Below are positions 61,800-64,000 of a stretch of 64,000 nucleotides of DNA, piece by piece. Source of the stretch: Malacoraja senta (taxonomy: Eukaryota); NCBI GenBank assembly GCA_038087875.1, contig CM075988.1, forward strand, positions 26,414,001 to 26,478,000, read 5' to 3'. The notes below the pieces were generated by a model. The model saw only the letters and a list, made by a program, of their open reading frames with translations, did not search any database and was not told the origin of the DNA. The translations under genes were made by a program, and so were the position numbers. Numbering within the stretch: the stretch's first letter is position 1; each line of letters starts with the position of its first letter.

Positions 61800-64000
61800 C
61801 TAAGATGGCGCCTACTCGCTGTGACATTTTGCCAGTGGCACAACAGAAAATCTTCAAATATAGTATTTTTGAACTCACCTGCATCAAAGAATCTGCAGAA
61901 ATCAACTTTGTAAGTAGCGAGCTGCTAAAGCATTTAACTGCATTAGCGCTACTGCGAACTCCCGAAGATAGCGACGGTAAGAGAATCCCCGAACGGAAGG
62001 GAATCCCCGATCTCGCGGAGGCGCGCAGGTATAGTAAGTACTGTACCTGTAAACACCGGGGAGGTCTTCATGGAGTACGGAACCGTGGTAGTTGGGCAGG
62101 ACCACAAGTAAGACTGAAGTGTAGGGGACTTCGGCCCCCTCTTCCTACCATCCTACTGGCCAACGTACAGTCACTAGAAAACAAAGTGGAGAAGTTAAGG
62201 ACAAGGCTGCTTTACCAAAGGGAGCTGAGGGAATGCTCTGTGTTCTGTTTCACAGAGACATGACTCACCCCCAGCTCCCCAGACTCACCAGTCCAGCCTG
62301 AAGGGTTCTCCATCCACCGTATGCACCATACGCAGGCATCTGGGAAAGGGAGAGGAGGGGGCGTCTGCCTCATGGTCAACTCTGCGTGGTGCTCAGACGT
62401 GGCATTCCTATCCAACTCCTGCTCTTCACACCTCGAAAATCTGGCGGTGAAGTGCCGTCCCTTCTACCTACCGAGGGAATTCTCCTCCATCATCCTGACT
62501 GTGGTCTACATCCCACCCCAGGCAGACATCCGTCTGGCACTGGAGCTGCACGCCGTGGTCAACCAGCCGGGAACTTCAACAGAACCAACCTTAAGAAATC
62601 GCTCCCTAACTTCCACCAACATGTCTCCTGCAGCACCAGAGGACCAAACACCCTCGACCACTGCTATACGACCATCAAGGATGCCTATCGCTCTATCCCT
62701 CGCCCTCACTTCGGTAAATCCGACCATACCGCGGTGCTGCTTCTTCCTGCCTACAGGCAGCAATTGAAGAGCGCATCCCCAGAGATGAGGACTGTACAGA
62801 GCTGGTCGGGGAGGGGGGCGGGGGGGGGCACAGGAACAACTCCAGGACTGTTTGGAGTCAGCAGACTGGGCAATGTTCAAGGACTCGGTAACGGACCTGA
62901 ATGAATTTGCCACAGTCGTTACAGACTTCATAAAGAAATGTGTGGAGACTGCATCCCAACAAAAACCTTCCGAGTGTTTCCTAACCAGAAGCCTTGGATG
63001 AACCATGAGATCTGCATTCTTCTGAAGACCAGATCCCGGGCATTCAGGTCTGGAGATACAGAGGTCTACAAGAAGTCCAGATACGACCTTGGTAAGGCCA
63101 TCAAAAAGGCCAAAAGGGACCTGCTCCAAGCTGGAGGATGAGACGGATGTTCAGCAACTGTGGCGGCGCTTAAATGCAATCACCTCGCAGCTCAAATGTC
63201 AGCGATGCATCACTCCCTGACGAGCTCAATGCATTTTATGCACACTTTGATAGGGAGAACACTGATGTGCCTTCCCGAGCACCCATTCACCGTGATGATA
63301 TTTCGGTCACAGTCACAGAGGCCGACGTCAGAAGATCCTTCAGGGGGGGTGAATCCTCAGAAGCGCCTGAACCTGATGGTATGCCCGGGCATGTTTTAGA
63401 AACCCGTGCAGACCAACTGGCTGGAGTTTTTACAGACATTTTCAACCTCTCACTTTTGAGGTCTGAGGTTCCCACCTGCTTTAAAAGGGCATCAATAATA
63501 CCCAGTGCCCAAGAAGAGCAAGGTGACGTGCCTCAATGACTATCGACCAGTGGCACTAACGCCTGTGGTGATGAAGTGCTTTGAGAGGCTGATCATGGCG
63601 CAAATCAACTCATACCTCGACAAAAACCTGGACCCACTGCAGTTCGCTTACCACCACAACAGATCAACGGTGGATGCGATCTCACTGGCTCTCCACTCCG
63701 CTCTGGACCACTTGGACAACAAAAATGTCAGGCTGTTATTCATTGACTACAGCTCGGCGTTTAATACCATCATCCCCTCCAAGCTGGTTACCAAGCTCTC
63801 AGATCTGGGTCTCTGCGCATCCCTCTGCAATTGGATCCTCGACTTCCTCATTCACAGACCACAGTCTGTCAGTATTGGTAGAAATGTGTCATCCTCGATA
63901 ACAATCAGCACAGGAGCACCTCAAGGCTGCGTGCTCAGCCCCCTGCTGTACTCACTCTATACTCATGACTGCGTAGCCGGACATAGTGCGAACTCCATCA
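61800..64000 (+). mobile_element. Rex1/Babar-clade LINE, 5' part (endonuclease and RT start, frameshifted), continuing beyond the window
   Basis: [57 protein letters not shown]. Confidence 0.9.

Overview
Repeat-rich vertebrate genomic DNA, most likely from a cartilaginous fish (skate/ray-like; inferred from HE1-type V-SINEs and CR1, L2, Rex1 and Penelope repeats). I assembled three spliced host genes by hand. (1) A single-Ig-V type I membrane receptor of the JAML/MPZL family, minus strand, ~13168-3288, with a cytoplasmic YxxM motif. (2) SC5D, lathosterol 5-desaturase, minus strand, CDS 27948-23048, 290 aa, with a CCAAT/SRE-rich CpG promoter near 33.4 kb. (3) TEX12, a synaptonemal-complex central-element protein, plus strand, ~44641-54512, mostly missed by the ORF track. 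The rest is mobile DNA, satellites and a 200-N gap. The most unusual items are: a young Gypsy LTR element with an inverted gag and two tRNA-Leu-derived junction segments, one stopping at and one reading through the m1A58 position; a HERO-like retroelement 3' end holding all hammerhead-ribozyme core elements in a non-canonical strand order; many Penelope-derived mini-elements with minimal hammerhead motifs; and a 1.07-kb Foldback/Mutator-like hairpin just downstream of TEX12. All family assignments come from motif recognition and memory, not database searches.
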